Of a stretch of DNA of 64,000 nucleotides, positions 63,660 through 64,000 are shown one piece after another. Numbering within the stretch: the stretch's first letter is position 1; every line of letters begins with the position of its first letter. The position numbers and the translations under genes were made by a program. The notes under the pieces were generated by a model that saw only the letters and a program-made list of their open reading frames with translations, did not search any database and was not told the DNA's origin. The stretch spans positions 117,428,001-117,492,000 of the forward strand of contig NC_042997.1 of NCBI RefSeq assembly GCF_006345805.1, given 5' to 3'. The stretch is from Octopus sinensis (lineage: Eukaryota).

Positions 63660-64000
63660 TTCTCTTTACTCTCTCTCTTTTACTCTTTTACTTGTTTCAG
63701 TCATTTGACTGCGGCCATGCTGGAGCACCGCCTTTAGTCGAGCAAATCGACCCCGGGACTTATTTTTTGTAAGTCCAGTACTTATTTTATCGGTCTCTTT
63801 TGCCGAACCGTTAAGTGACGGGGACGTAAACACACCAGCATCGGTTGTCAAGCAATGCTAGGGGGGACAAACACAGACACACAAACATATACACACACAC
63901 TTATATATATATACATATATACGACAGGCTTCTTTCAGTTTCCGTCTACCAAATCCACTCACAAGGCATTGGTTGGCCCGGGGCTATAGCAGAAGACACT
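63660..64000 (-). mobile_element. SINE family B, cut by the window edge
   Basis: Same consensus as 26478-26934. Confidence 0.9.

Overview
AT-rich, repeat-dense eukaryotic DNA, most likely from an octopus (inferred from the tRNA-derived SINE families and microsatellite load). One host gene is supported: the 3' half of an SLC5 (SMCT/NIS/SMVT-like) sodium:solute symporter on the minus strand, with 8 exons between 62328 and 42178, all with canonical AG acceptors and, for the seven internal exons, GT donors. The rest is mobile DNA: a near-intact Tx1/L1-clade LINE (~6.8-11.95 kb), a Helitron with both termini (13585-17977), a Dong/R4-type RLE retrotransposon in (TAA)n, a second RLE remnant in (CATA)n, Penelope-like GIY-YIG remnants, RTE remnants, MITEs (one with a telomeric core) and many SINEs. 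Three observations stand out. (1) A short element made of a tRNA-like head, (TAA)n and a type I hammerhead ribozyme, inserted twice in Penelope-style fold-back form. (2) A 28S rRNA fragment that breaks off at the R2 target site and continues into a 1-kb non-coding sequence carrying four covarying copies of a stem/internal-loop motif. (3) A 3' tail shared between the Tx1 LINE and the dominant SINE. Everything was read by eye; no alignment or folding program was run, and element edges not defined by a TSD or splice site are approximate.
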